64,000 nucleotides of DNA from Planctomycetota bacterium (GCA_965228735.1 OZ245838.1:3904001-3968000); one strand, 5' to 3'; counted from the first letter of the stretch, positions 21,268 to 30,849 are shown. Numbers and translations: made by a program. The notes: a model not told the origin generated them from the sequence alone.

Positions 21268-21696
21268 TCAGGCCAGGGCCAACGCGCGCAGCAACTTCGA
21301 CCTCGGCCGCAAGAGGTCGGCCAGCGTGTAACCGTCGAGCGCCTGCACGAACGCCGCGGTCGCCTCACCGAGCGCGCGCTGCAGGACGCAGCGGTCGGTC
21401 AGTACGCACGCACTCTCGCTCCGGAAGCACTCCACGATCTCGAGGTTCTCCAGGCTCGACACGAGGGCGCCGAGCCGGATGCGACTCGGCGGACGCCCGA
21501 GCTCGATGCCGCCGCTGCGACCGCGGAAGGTCGCGAGGTGGCCGAGTTCCTGCAGCCGGTGCACGACCTTGACGATGTGATTGCGCGAGATCCCGTAGGC
21601 CTCGCTGACCTCGGTGATCGACGATCGTTCGTCCGGCCGAAGGCCGACGTAGACGAGCACCCGCAGCGAGTAGTCGGTGAACGCAGTGAGCTGCAT
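21268..21696 (-). CDS. nsrR: Rrf2 family NO-sensing repressor NsrR
   Basis: MQLTAFTDYSLRVL, YGISRNHIVKVV, RGRSGG, three Cys (ECF..C....C). Confidence 0.88.
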   Translation of the reverse strand: MQLTAFTDYSLRVLVYVGLRPDERSSITEVSEAYGISRNHIVKVVHRLQELGHLATFRGRSGGIELGRPPSRIRLGALVSSLENLEIVECFRSESACVLTDRCVLQRALGEATAAFVQALDGYTLADLLRPRSKLLRALALA

Positions 21697-21699
21697 GGC

Positions 21700-21978
21700 T
21701 CACTCGGCCGCGCGGAAGAACTCCAGCTGGAACCGCGCGTCGTCGCTGAGTTCGACCCGGTGCGGCAGGTCCGGCGGCACGGTTCCGGTCTCACCCTGCG
21801 CGATCGCGGTCACCTGGTTCGCGCCCAGGTCCACGAACGTCACGGTTCCCGAGAACACCGTCAATCGGGCCCAGCGACCCGCCGCCAGGGTATGGCGCGA
21901 AAGTAGGGCTGCCGGCACGTTGCCGGGGTCGAACTCGGGCGATCGGCCAGTGGATTCGAGGTTGTCGGGCATGTTCAT
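21700..21978 (-). CDS. DUF1971 (TehB N-terminal-like cupin) protein
   Basis: SPEFD..VPAALLSRH...GRWARLTVFSG...VPPDLPHRVE...FQLEF. Confidence 0.8.
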   Translation of the reverse strand: MNMPDNLESTGRSPEFDPGNVPAALLSRHTLAAGRWARLTVFSGTVTFVDLGANQVTAIAQGETGTVPPDLPHRVELSDDARFQLEFFRAAE

Positions 21979-21991
21979 GTCGGCTACTCTA

Positions 21992-22014
21992 AAGATGTAA
22001 GCAGTCTACATGTT
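21992..22014. promoter_or_regulatory. NsrR box (11-1-11)
   Basis: AAGATGTAAGCAGTCTACATGTT resembles the enterobacterial AANATGYA-N7-TRCATNTT site; lies between divergent DUF1971-nsrR and trHb. Confidence 0.75.
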
Positions 22015-22035
22015 TCAGGGCAACGGAGCAACGGT

Positions 22036-22425
22036 GTGACCATCGACATCTTCGAGATGCGCCGACGGGTCACCGAGACCGACATCGCGAGGCTGGTGGA
22101 CGGCTTCTACGACCGGGTTCGGGAGCACCCGACGCTGGCACCGGTGTTCGATGCTCGCGTCGAGAACGAGGATTGGCCCGAGCACCTCGCCAAGATGAAG
22201 CGCTTCTGGTCGACGGTCCTGCTCGGCACCGGTCGGTATCGCGGCAATCCCATGACGGCGCACGAGTCGATTCCCGGCGTCTCGCGCGCGCACTTCGCGG
22301 ACTGGCTCTCGCTGTTCGAAGACGTGGTTCACGACGTCTTCGCCACGGAGGTCGCGGCCGCGATCGTGCAGCGTGCGCACCGCATGGGTGACAGTCTGAT
22401 GGCGAACCTGCGCCTCGCCGACTGA
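22036..22425 (+). CDS. Group III truncated hemoglobin (trHbP)
   Basis: LVDGFYDRVR...LAPVF...WPEHL.KM..FW...Y.GNPM.AH...HFADWLSLF. Confidence 0.9.
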   Translation: MTIDIFEMRRRVTETDIARLVDGFYDRVREHPTLAPVFDARVENEDWPEHLAKMKRFWSTVLLGTGRYRGNPMTAHESIPGVSRAHFADWLSLFEDVVHDVFATEVAAAIVQRAHRMGDSLMANLRLAD

Positions 22426-22595
22426 TCCCGCCCGGCCGCCGCTGCACGTTTTCCCATTCCCGGGTGCGAGCCTGCTGAACCGAGCCGCCGCGAAATCGTT
22501 GCCGCGCGGATCGGCCAACGGGCTTGAACCACGCGCGAGCCGCCGGCGTTTCCCGAGCCGTCCGACCGATCCAACGGACGACAGCGGAGCCGACA

Positions 22596-24110
22596 ATGAC
22601 GCAGCTCGATCCCACGAAGTTCTCGGTCTCTTCGAACCTCGAAGACGACATCACGTTCCAGGACATGGTCGCCGAACAACTGCGGCGCTCACCGTGGCTC
22701 ATGATCTCCAGTGCGCTGCACGCGCTCGGCGTGCTCGTGCTCTGGGCGCTCGTGCCGGTGGAACGCCCGCCCGAACCGCAGCACCAGAGCCAGGTACTCA
22801 TGCCGCAAACGCAGCCGGTCGTCGAGCCGCCGCAGCCGGAGAAGACCGAGATCGAACCCGAGCCGACGATCGACGACATCGAGCTCACCCCCGTCGACGT
22901 GCCGATCGAGAACGAAGCGGTGGAGGTCGCCGATGCGACGGCCACCGAATCGACGCTGTCCGCGTTCACGAGCAACGGCGACAACCCGGCGCTCGGCCTC
23001 GGCGGCAACGCGGGCGGCCCCTACGGCAACCGCGGCCCGCGCGGCGGCGGCGTGGGCGGCCGCGCCGCACTCCCGACGATCGACCGCGCTCTCGAGTGGC
23101 TCGCGCGGCATCAGGACGCGGACGGCCGCTGGGACTGCGACCAGTTCATGAAGCACGACCTCGAGGGTGAGATCTGCGACGGTGCCGGCAACGCGGTGCA
23201 CGACGTCGGTGTCACGGGTCTCGCGCTGCTCGCGTTTCTCGGCGACAACCACACGCTGCGCGCCGGCAAGTACCGCGACGTCGTGAAGCGCGGCGTGATG
23301 TGGCTGCGCAGCGAGCAGCAGGACAACGGCCTGTTCGGCTCGGACACGTCGCACGACTACATCTACGACCACGCGATCGCGACCTACGCGATGTGCGAAG
23401 CGTGCGGCCTGTCGCGCTCCCGCCTGCTCCGGCCGGTCGCCCAGCGCGCGCTCAACTACCTCGAGTCGCACCGCAACCCGTACTCGGTCTGGCGCTACCA
23501 GCCGCGCGACGGCGACAACGACACGTCGATCACGGGCTGGGCGATCATGGCCTACGAGGCCGGCAAGTTCTTCGAGCTGCAGGTCAGCGACGCGGCGCTG
23601 CAGTGCTGCGCAGCGTGGCTCGACCAGGTCTGCGACTCGAACGGGCGGCACGGCTACCGCAAGCAGGGCGAGCTCAGTTCGCGCAAGCCCGGCGATCACA
23701 AGACGCGCTTCCCCGTCGACCGTGGCGAGGCGATGACGGCGGTCGGACTGTTCTCCCGCTTCTTCCTCGGGCAGAACCCGAAGGAGGTGCCGGTGATGAA
23801 GCAGGCGGCGACGTTGATCGGCAAGAAGCCGCCCGTGTGGGACGAGGGCGCCGGCGCGATCGACCATTACTACTGGTATTACGCGACCTACGCGCTGTTC
23901 CAGATCGGCGGCCGGCCGTGGCAACAGTGGCAGAAGGCGCTCGGCAAGGCGATCCTGCCGACGCAGCACCAGGACAGATCGCGCCCCAACCACCTCGGCT
24001 CGTGGGATCCGGTCGGCGCCTGGGGCGACGATGGCGGCCGCGTCTACAGCACCGCGATCCTCACCCTCACGCTGCAGGCGCACTACCGGTACTCGCCCCT
24101 GCTGCGGTGA
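22596..24110 (+). CDS. Prenyltransferase/squalene-oxidase repeat protein with TonB-like N-terminus (paralog 2)
   Basis: Colinear with 18590-20110; TM SSALH, Pro-rich linker, same barrel motifs. Confidence 0.85.
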   Translation: MTQLDPTKFSVSSNLEDDITFQDMVAEQLRRSPWLMISSALHALGVLVLWALVPVERPPEPQHQSQVLMPQTQPVVEPPQPEKTEIEPEPTIDDIELTPVDVPIENEAVEVADATATESTLSAFTSNGDNPALGLGGNAGGPYGNRGPRGGGVGGRAALPTIDRALEWLARHQDADGRWDCDQFMKHDLEGEICDGAGNAVHDVGVTGLALLAFLGDNHTLRAGKYRDVVKRGVMWLRSEQQDNGLFGSDTSHDYIYDHAIATYAMCEACGLSRSRLLRPVAQRALNYLESHRNPYSVWRYQPRDGDNDTSITGWAIMAYEAGKFFELQVSDAALQCCAAWLDQVCDSNGRHGYRKQGELSSRKPGDHKTRFPVDRGEAMTAVGLFSRFFLGQNPKEVPVMKQAATLIGKKPPVWDEGAGAIDHYYWYYATYALFQIGGRPWQQWQKALGKAILPTQHQDRSRPNHLGSWDPVGAWGDDGGRVYSTAILTLTLQAHYRYSPLLR

Positions 24111-24386
24111 CGGGTGGCGGCGCGGCAACGCGCCACGCCGCGCGCCGCGATTTGCGGTGATTCTCGCTTCGAGCCCGGCCTGACCGCGGCGGCTGTCGGC
24201 GCGCCCGACAGTCCTGCAACTGCGCCATCCGCGACCGGCGCGCGACCCGTCGATGGCGTGGGCATTGTGGAAAAACCCGCTTCCCGGCGTGAGATTTCCT
24301 GAAGTAGGACTCAAGCGGCTGCCGAAGAGCCAGGGAGTGAGAGGGCGGATCCAGCTGCCCCGAGAGGACAGGCAAAGGAGTCGACA

Positions 24387-25217
24387 ATGGGCCTACGGGT
24401 CAATTCCAACATCGCATCGCTCAACGCGCGACGGTCACTGTCACGAACGACCGAACAACTGCAGGCGAACTACCGGCGCCTCTCCACGGGTCTGCGCATT
24501 TCCACCGCATCGGACGACGCCGCCGGCCTTGCGATCTCGGAGCGCTTCCGCGCCCAGATCCGGTCGACCAACCAGGCGATCCGGAACGCGCAGGACGGCA
24601 TCTCGCTAACGCAGACGGGTGAGGGCGCACTCAACGAAGTGTCCGCGATCCTCATCCGCATGCGGGAACTGTCGATGCAGGCGAGCAACGGCACGGTCAG
24701 CTCGGCCGACCGGACGACGCTGCATCAGGAGTTCAGCGACCTCATCAACGAGATCGACCGCATCGCGGAATCGACGAGCTTCAACGGCGTCCGCCTGCTG
24801 GACGGCACGGGCTCGACGATCACGTTCCAGGTCGGCACCGGCACGATCGCCGGCATCGACACGATCCAACTCACGACGTCGGACACGCTGGCGTCGACGC
24901 TCGGGCTCTCGAGCCTCGACATCGGTTCGGCCGGCACGCCGACCGTGGCGGTCTCGGCGCTCGACGACGCGATCAACATCGTGTCCCGCATCCGTGGTCA
25001 GTTCGGCGCGGCCCAGAACCGCCTCACGACCACGATCGCGAACCTGCAGATCCAGACCGAGAACCTCAGCGCGGCGGAGTCGCGCATTCGCGACGTCGAC
25101 GTCGCGGTCGAGACCTCGTCGCTGACGCGGAACTCGATCCTGCAGCAGGCCGCGATCTCGGTGCTCGCGCAGGCGAACACGCAACCGCAGGCCGCGCTGC
25201 AGCTGCTGCAGACCTAA
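24387..25217 (+). CDS. fliC: Flagellin (short, 276 aa)
   Basis: LRVNSN, RLSTGLRI..ASDDAAGLAI, RNAQDGIS, GAAQNRL, SRIRDVD, QAN..PQ; AAGGAG RBS. Confidence 0.95.
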   Translation: MGLRVNSNIASLNARRSLSRTTEQLQANYRRLSTGLRISTASDDAAGLAISERFRAQIRSTNQAIRNAQDGISLTQTGEGALNEVSAILIRMRELSMQASNGTVSSADRTTLHQEFSDLINEIDRIAESTSFNGVRLLDGTGSTITFQVGTGTIAGIDTIQLTTSDTLASTLGLSSLDIGSAGTPTVAVSALDDAINIVSRIRGQFGAAQNRLTTTIANLQIQTENLSAAESRIRDVDVAVETSSLTRNSILQQAAISVLAQANTQPQAALQLLQT

Positions 25218-25266
25218 GGGTAGCGGCAGCCGCTCGACCCACGCGGGGGAGCAACCGCTCGGCCGC

Positions 25267-25533
25267 TCAGGCCGACAGGCTCGCGACGGCGCGCGTCACG
25301 AGGCTCTTCTTCCGAGCCGCCGTGTTGGCGTGGATGATGTGGCTCTTGGCCGCCTTGTCGATGAGCTTGTGCACGCCAGAAAGCGCCGCTTCGGCGGTGC
25401 TCTTGTCGCCAGCCTCGACCGCGGTGAGAAGCTTCTTCATCTCGGTCCGCATGCGGGACATCTTGGCCTTGTTGGCCAAACGGTCGCGCTCGGTCTGGCG
25501 AACGCGCTTCTGTGCTTGCTTGCTGTGGGCCAT
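25267..25533 (-). CDS. rpsT: 30S ribosomal protein S20
   Basis: MAHSKQAQKRVRQ...IDKAAK..IIHANTAARKKS. Confidence 0.97.
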   Translation of the reverse strand: MAHSKQAQKRVRQTERDRLANKAKMSRMRTEMKKLLTAVEAGDKSTAEAALSGVHKLIDKAAKSHIIHANTAARKKSLVTRAVASLSA

Positions 25534-25623
25534 TTTGGGGGCGGGGATCCTAGCGGGAAGCGGCGGGGCTGGGAAGGCCGGAAGGGGAAAAGGCGACCCC
25601 GGGTCCGAGACCCCGGAGCGGCG

Positions 25624-26958
25624 TCAGGACGCCTTGAGCTGCTCGACCTTCTCCGTGACGTCACGGAAGCCGATATCGGTCTCCAGAATGCGCGTGAAGT
25701 GCTGCATCGCCTCGTCGCGACGGCCGGCCGCTGCACAGATCTCGCCCATCTCGTAGAGCACCTCGAGCGCCCGATTACCCGAGCTGACGGCCTCGAGGGC
25801 CTTCTCGAACTGGCCCAGGGCAAGGTCCGGCAAGTCCTTTTTCTGAAAGGCCTTACCGAGCAAGAACAGGGCCTCGGCCTTGCGCCGCGGGTCCTTGACG
25901 GCCTGCTGCAGCTCCTTGACGGCCGCATCGGTCTCGCCGGCATCGAGCAGGCAGCTGCCGAGCTCGAAGCGGGCCGCGGTGTCGGACGGGTTGCGGTCCA
26001 GCCGGCGGCGCGCCTCGTCGACCTTCATGCCCGCCAGGGCCTCGCGCGCCCGCGCGGCGGCCGCCTCGTCGCCGCGCTTCTGCGCCTTGTCGACCATCTG
26101 CTGCTGCAGCCGGATGCGCAGATCGCTCGCGTGCGCCGCGAGGTCCGCGTCACCGGGCTCGAGCTGCGCCAGCCGATCGAGCAGATCGAGCGCCCCGGCC
26201 AGGTCCTTCGCCATCTCGCGCAGCTTGGCGATGCGGCGCAGCAGCTGCCGGTCGTCCGGGCTGTCCGGCAGCCTGGCCTCGAGCTCCTCGAGCTCCTGGT
26301 CGATCTCCTCGGCGGAGAGCTGCAGCCGTTCTTCGCGTTCGAGCTGCCGCTGCTGCTCCTTGTCCTTGATGAGCTCGCGCGAGCTCTTCGCCTTGTCGAT
26401 GCCCGTCGACGCGAGCGCGCCCTCGGCCGCGAGGTTCTTGCGCGCCTTCAGCGACTCCTGATCGCGCGGATCGACCTTGAGCGCCTGCTCGTACATCGCG
26501 AGCGCCTCGTTGACCTTGCCGTGCTCGTAGAACAGTCGGCCCGCGGCGCGGCACGCCGGCAGGCAGCGCGGCTCGGCCTCCGCGTAGGCCTCGTAGACCG
26601 CGAGCGCCGACTTGGTGAGGCCGGCGCGCTCGAGCGAGTCGCCGAGCTTGAGGTTGATGCCCTCGCTGAGCGGGTCGTGGGCGAGGTAGCGCTCGAAGCT
26701 CTTGGTGGCGCTGGCGTGCTGCCCGATGAGGCGCATCAACGTGCCGAACAGCAGCGGCAGCCCGCCGATCAGGATCGCCGTGAGCTTGCTGCTGCCCTTG
26801 TGCTTGACCTTGTCGAACAGGGCACGACGAAGCCCCGCACGGGCCTCGCCGAAGTCGGGCTGCAGCTGCAGCACCTGGCCGTAGATCTTGATGGCGAGCG
26901 CATGGTTGCGGCGCTTGACCGCATCCTTCGCGTTCTCGAGGTGCTTGCTGAGGTCCAT
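25624..26958 (-). CDS. Tetratricopeptide repeat protein
   Basis: Multiple TPR units (ALAMYEQALKVDP, RFELG, LYEMG), ends DIGFRDV. Confidence 0.85.
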   Translation of the reverse strand: MDLSKHLENAKDAVKRRNHALAIKIYGQVLQLQPDFGEARAGLRRALFDKVKHKGSSKLTAILIGGLPLLFGTLMRLIGQHASATKSFERYLAHDPLSEGINLKLGDSLERAGLTKSALAVYEAYAEAEPRCLPACRAAGRLFYEHGKVNEALAMYEQALKVDPRDQESLKARKNLAAEGALASTGIDKAKSSRELIKDKEQQRQLEREERLQLSAEEIDQELEELEARLPDSPDDRQLLRRIAKLREMAKDLAGALDLLDRLAQLEPGDADLAAHASDLRIRLQQQMVDKAQKRGDEAAAARAREALAGMKVDEARRRLDRNPSDTAARFELGSCLLDAGETDAAVKELQQAVKDPRRKAEALFLLGKAFQKKDLPDLALGQFEKALEAVSSGNRALEVLYEMGEICAAAGRRDEAMQHFTRILETDIGFRDVTEKVEQLKAS

Positions 26959-27088
26959 GCCAGTGCGAGGTCAGGCGGGCGCCGGCTCCGGGCCTTCGAG
27001 GAAGCCTTGACGCCGGCGGAGGGGGCGAGGACTCTAACCCTGGCCCGATCCGGTGGCAACCAGAGCGGCCTCGACCCACGACAAGCGC

Positions 27089-27604
27089 ATGGAAATCCGC
27101 GTCTACCCCGACCCAGTCCTCCGCCGCGGCGGTCAGACCGTCACGGACTTCGGCCCCGAGCTCAAGGCGACCGCCGACGCCATGATGGCGGCGATGTACG
27201 AAGAGGGCGGCGTCGGCCTCGCCGCGCCGCAGGTCGGCATCGAGCAGAAGCTGCTCGTGCTCAACCCGACCGGCAGCAAGGACGACACGAGCGGCGAGCT
27301 CGTGCTGCTCAACCCGAAGATCACGCGCAAGAAGGGGCGGGAGTTCGGCGACGAGGGATGCCTCTCGTTCCCCGGCATCCAGGCCGAGGTCGAACGCTCG
27401 ATCAAGATCACCGTGACCTACACGGACCTCGACGGCCAGGAGCAGACGCTGTCGGCCGAGGGGTGGCTCGCGCGCATCATCCAGCACGAGCTCGACCACC
27501 TCGAGGGCGTGCTGTTCGTCGATCGGCTGACGCCGGTCGACAAGCTGCGCGTCAAGCCGCAGCTGACCGAGCTCGAGGAGCGCTACAGCTCCCGGGCGTC
27601 GTAG
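27089..27604 (+). CDS. def: Peptide deformylase
   Basis: GVGLAAPQ, EGCLS, QHELDH motifs. Confidence 0.97.
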   Translation: MEIRVYPDPVLRRGGQTVTDFGPELKATADAMMAAMYEEGGVGLAAPQVGIEQKLLVLNPTGSKDDTSGELVLLNPKITRKKGREFGDEGCLSFPGIQAEVERSIKITVTYTDLDGQEQTLSAEGWLARIIQHELDHLEGVLFVDRLTPVDKLRVKPQLTELEERYSSRAS

Positions 27605-27614
27605 CGGAGCGCCC

Positions 27615-28562
27615 GTGCCGCTGATCGAGGGGCTCGACGCGCTGCTGTCGCTGGACCTCGAGGCGCGCTACGGCAGCGGCACGGCGGCGCGGTCCGTCGT
27701 CGCCGTCGGCGTCTTCGACGGCGTGCACCTCGGCCACCAGCGACTGCTGCATCAGCTGCTCGAGATGGCCTCCGCGCTCGACGCGACGCCGACGGTCGTC
27801 ACGTTCACCAACCACCCGGACCAGGTGCTGCATGGCGAGGCGCCGCCGTTGATCGTCAGCGTCCCGCATCGCCTCCGGCTGCTGCGCCGCGCGGGCGTGC
27901 GCCGAGTCGCCTTGCTCACGTTCGAGGAGCGGCTGCGGGCGATGCCGGCGCGCGAGTTCGCCGAACGCGTGCTGCAGCGGAGCCTGCGCGCGCGCGGACT
28001 GCTGCTCGGCTACGACTCCGCGATGGGGAAGAACCGCGAAGGCACGCCGCAGCGCTTCCGCGAGCTCGGCGCCGAGTTCGGCTTCGAGGTGCGCACCGGG
28101 TCACCGTTCGACGTCGATAGCGAGCCGGTGTCGTCGACGCGGATCCGCAACGCGATCCAGGCCGGCGAGCTCGACCTGGCGCAACGCTTCCTCGGCCGCT
28201 TCCCCGGCGCGTTCGGCAAGGTCGTCCACGGCCACGGTCGCGGCCGCGGGCTCGGCTTCCCGACCGCCAACGTCGCGGTGCAGACCGCCGTGCTGCCTCC
28301 CGACGGCGTCTACGCGGTCGAGGCGGTCCTCGACGGCAGCGTGCATCCCGCGGTCGCCAATCTCGGTCCGAGCCCGACGTTCGAGGGCGAACGCGCCCTC
28401 GAGGTCCACCTGCTCGATTTCACGGGCGACCTCTACGACCGCGAACTCGAGGTGCAGTTCCGCCGCCACCTGCGCCCGGTGCAGAAGTTCACCGACGCGG
28501 CCGCCCTGCGCACCCAGATCGAGCACGATGTGGCCGCCGCGCGCGACTGCCTGACAGCCTGA
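27615..28562 (+). CDS. ribF: Riboflavin kinase/FAD synthetase
   Basis: GVFDGVHLGH, VSSTRIR, GFPTAN, NLGPSPT, EVHLLDF. Confidence 0.95.
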   Translation: MPLIEGLDALLSLDLEARYGSGTAARSVVAVGVFDGVHLGHQRLLHQLLEMASALDATPTVVTFTNHPDQVLHGEAPPLIVSVPHRLRLLRRAGVRRVALLTFEERLRAMPAREFAERVLQRSLRARGLLLGYDSAMGKNREGTPQRFRELGAEFGFEVRTGSPFDVDSEPVSSTRIRNAIQAGELDLAQRFLGRFPGAFGKVVHGHGRGRGLGFPTANVAVQTAVLPPDGVYAVEAVLDGSVHPAVANLGPSPTFEGERALEVHLLDFTGDLYDRELEVQFRRHLRPVQKFTDAAALRTQIEHDVAAARDCLTA

Positions 28563-28566
28563 CTCC

Positions 28567-28641
28567 GGCGTACGGTACCCGGTTCACGCTGCCGGGCCGG
28601 CAGCGTGAACCAGGTACCGTACGCCAAGGTACCGTACGCCA
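28567..28641. repeat. 59-bp near-perfect palindrome of REP-like units plus 15-bp tandem duplication
   Basis: GGCGTACGGTACCCGGTTCACGCTGCCGG-g-reverse complement with 1 mismatch (28567-28625); AGGTACCGTACGCCA x2 (28612-28641). Confidence 0.85.
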
Positions 28642-28652
28642 ACCTGACAGCT

Positions 28653-28670
28653 TGAACATACCGAACCCGG
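28653..28670 (+). repeat. 18-bp direct repeat, left copy
   Basis: TGAACATACCGAACCCGG, identical at 35088-35105. Confidence 0.85.
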
Positions 28671-28675
28671 GATGT

Positions 28676-29998
28676 TCACTTCTCGAAGCGGAGGTGGCAG
28701 ACGCTGATGTGGCGTTCGCGGAAGCCGGCTTCGCAGTAGGCGAAGTAGAACGACCAGGCGCGGAGGAGTTCGTCGCCCGCGTCGCGGCCGCCCGCCAGGG
28801 TGGCCACCTCGTCGCGCTTCGTCTGCCACGTCTCGCGCCAGCGCTGCAGCGTGTCCGCGTAGTGCAGGCCGAAGTCCTCGAGGCGGGTCAGGCGCAGGTC
28901 GGTGTGGCGCGTCGCCGCGGCCGTGATGGCCGAGACCGACGGGATGAAGCTGCCAGGGAAGACGTGACGCTTGATGTAGTCGACGTGGCGCAGCGCGGAC
29001 TCGTAGTGCTGGTCGCGGATCGTGATCGCCTGCAGCCCGAGGACGCCGCCGCGGCGCAGGCGCGCGTCACAGGTCTTCAGGTACTCCGGCAGATACTGCG
29101 CGCCGACGGCTTCGATCATCTCGCACGAGATCAGCTTGTCGAACGTGCCGCCCAGCTCGCGGTAGTCGCGTTGCAACGCCGCCACGCGATCGGTCAGTCC
29201 GGCGGCAGCCACGCGCCGCCGCGCCGTCTCGAACTGGTTGCTCGAGATCGTCGTCGTCGTCACGTGCGCGTCGAACTCGGCGGCGGCGGTGATCGCGAGG
29301 CTGCCCCAGCCGGTGCCGATCTCGAGGAGGCGCTCGCCGGGCGCCAGATCGACGAGCCGGCAGAGTCGGCGCAGCTTGTGCCGTTGCGCGTCCTCGAGCG
29401 ACTGGTTCGGTGATTCGAACCACGCCGACGAGTAGGTCATCGTCGGATCGAGGAACAGCTCGAACAGCTCGTCGCTGAGATCGTAGTGCGCCGCGATGTT
29501 GCGCTTGCTGCCGATCTGACTGTTGCGTCGCAGGGCGTGACCGAGGCGCAGCAGCCACTGTCGCGGCGTGCTCCACAGCGAGCGGTCGACGTCGAGCAAC
29601 ACCTCGCGGTCGCGTACGAGCAGCCGCAGAACGGTGACGAGGTCGTCGGTATCCCAGGCCCCGCCGACGAACGCCTCGCCCGCGCCGATCGCGCCCGAGG
29701 TCGCGAGCGCGGAATAGAACGCCGGGTCCCGGATCCAGATCCTGGCGCAACCGAGCGGGCCCGCCGCATCGCCGAAGCGCGCCGTGCCCGCGAAGTCGTG
29801 GATCTCGAGCGCGCCGCTCCGCAGCTGCCGAAGGCGCGCGTGAATGCGCTCCCGCAGCACGCGCTGCCACCAGCTGGCGCGGGCAGCGGATGGCGCCCGC
29901 CAACGCTCGGTCGGGCGCGAGATCGGCGCCGGTGCCGGTCGCGCCGCGCCGCGACGCTGCGGTCGACCGGCCGGAGAAACGAGGATGGGGGCGGTCAT
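28676..29998 (-). CDS. Cyclopropane-fatty-acyl-phospholipid synthase family methyltransferase (UfaA1/UfaM-like)
   Basis: NIAAHYDLS, LDPTMTYS, LEIGTGWG, SCEMIEAVG, VFPG, FYFAYCEAGF. Confidence 0.9.
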   Translation of the reverse strand: MTAPILVSPAGRPQRRGAARPAPAPISRPTERWRAPSAARASWWQRVLRERIHARLRQLRSGALEIHDFAGTARFGDAAGPLGCARIWIRDPAFYSALATSGAIGAGEAFVGGAWDTDDLVTVLRLLVRDREVLLDVDRSLWSTPRQWLLRLGHALRRNSQIGSKRNIAAHYDLSDELFELFLDPTMTYSSAWFESPNQSLEDAQRHKLRRLCRLVDLAPGERLLEIGTGWGSLAITAAAEFDAHVTTTTISSNQFETARRRVAAAGLTDRVAALQRDYRELGGTFDKLISCEMIEAVGAQYLPEYLKTCDARLRRGGVLGLQAITIRDQHYESALRHVDYIKRHVFPGSFIPSVSAITAAATRHTDLRLTRLEDFGLHYADTLQRWRETWQTKRDEVATLAGGRDAGDELLRAWSFYFAYCEAGFRERHISVCHLRFEK

Positions 29999-30849
29999 GT
30001 GCTTGCGCGCGCCTTCTGGGGATGGGCGTAGAACGGCGCCCGCCGCAGCCAGAGCCGCGCCGCGTGCCAATAGATGCCGGCAATGATCTTCAGGCTCAGC
30101 CACGGGTGCCGAACGAACGCGCGCGCGAGCGCACCCGTTGACCACGGCTGCCGCGTCATGACTAGCGTCGCATCGAACGCCTTGCCGTCCTCGCCGTGGT
30201 TCTCCATGTGCACCGCGAGCCGGTCACCCGGCGGCGAGAACCGCCAGCGATACTCGTGCTCCATCGGCTGGAACGGACTCACGTGGAACGCCTTGTCGAA
30301 CGTGCGCCGCAGCCGTCCGCGTTCGTCCCGTGCCACGACGTAGTGATGTCGCTCCCCCCACGGCGTGTTCGTGATCTCCGCGAGGACCGCGACCGGCCGT
30401 TCCTCCGCATCGCGGTCGAAGCAGTAGTAGAACGTGACCGGGTTGAACGAGTAGCCGAAGCACCGCAGGCCGGTGAGCATGCGCACCGCCCCGGTCGGCC
30501 GCGCGCCCGTCGCCCGTTCGACCGCGTCCTTCACCGCGTCCCCGAGGGGCTGCGCGGGATCGCCGAAGTAGTCCGCGCGGCGGAAGCGCATCGGCGCCGG
30601 CCGCTTCGCCGACCAGAACCACCGCCCGGCGAACGCCGCGTCGATCTCGTCGACGTCGAGATAGACGTAGGCCAGCCGCACGGCAAAGCCGTGATCCACC
30701 GCGTCGAATCGGCGGTGTCGCACGGTTCCGAAGTAGACGCCGCTATGCCGGACGGCACCGTTCTCGACAGCACCGTTCTCGACGGCGCCGCTCTCGACGG
30801 GGCTGCTCGGAACGACACCGCGTCCGACCTCGTTCGCCGCCACGCTCAT
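29995..30849 (-). CDS. DUF1365 protein (UfaO-like)
   Basis: VRHRR, GYSFNPVTFYYC, EITNTPWGERH.Y, KAFHVSPF, IYWHAARLW. Confidence 0.9.
   Translation of the reverse strand: MSVAANEVGRGVVPSSPVESGAVENGAVENGAVRHSGVYFGTVRHRRFDAVDHGFAVRLAYVYLDVDEIDAAFAGRWFWSAKRPAPMRFRRADYFGDPAQPLGDAVKDAVERATGARPTGAVRMLTGLRCFGYSFNPVTFYYCFDRDAEERPVAVLAEITNTPWGERHHYVVARDERGRLRRTFDKAFHVSPFQPMEHEYRWRFSPPGDRLAVHMENHGEDGKAFDATLVMTRQPWSTGALARAFVRHPWLSLKIIAGIYWHAARLWLRRAPFYAHPQKARAST

Noticed and set aside
18590..24110. Squalene-hopene cyclase call
   Set aside because: Single barrel with an N-terminal TM; DNDTS rather than canonical DxDDTA; too short for a two-domain SHC
19130..24110. Exactly 4000-bp offset between paralogs
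   Set aside because: A round number has no biological meaning; treated as coincidence
24300..24328. Sigma28 promoter for flagellin (TGAAG...GCCGAAGA)
   Set aside because: The -10 is plausible, but spacing to any -35-like element is non-canonical
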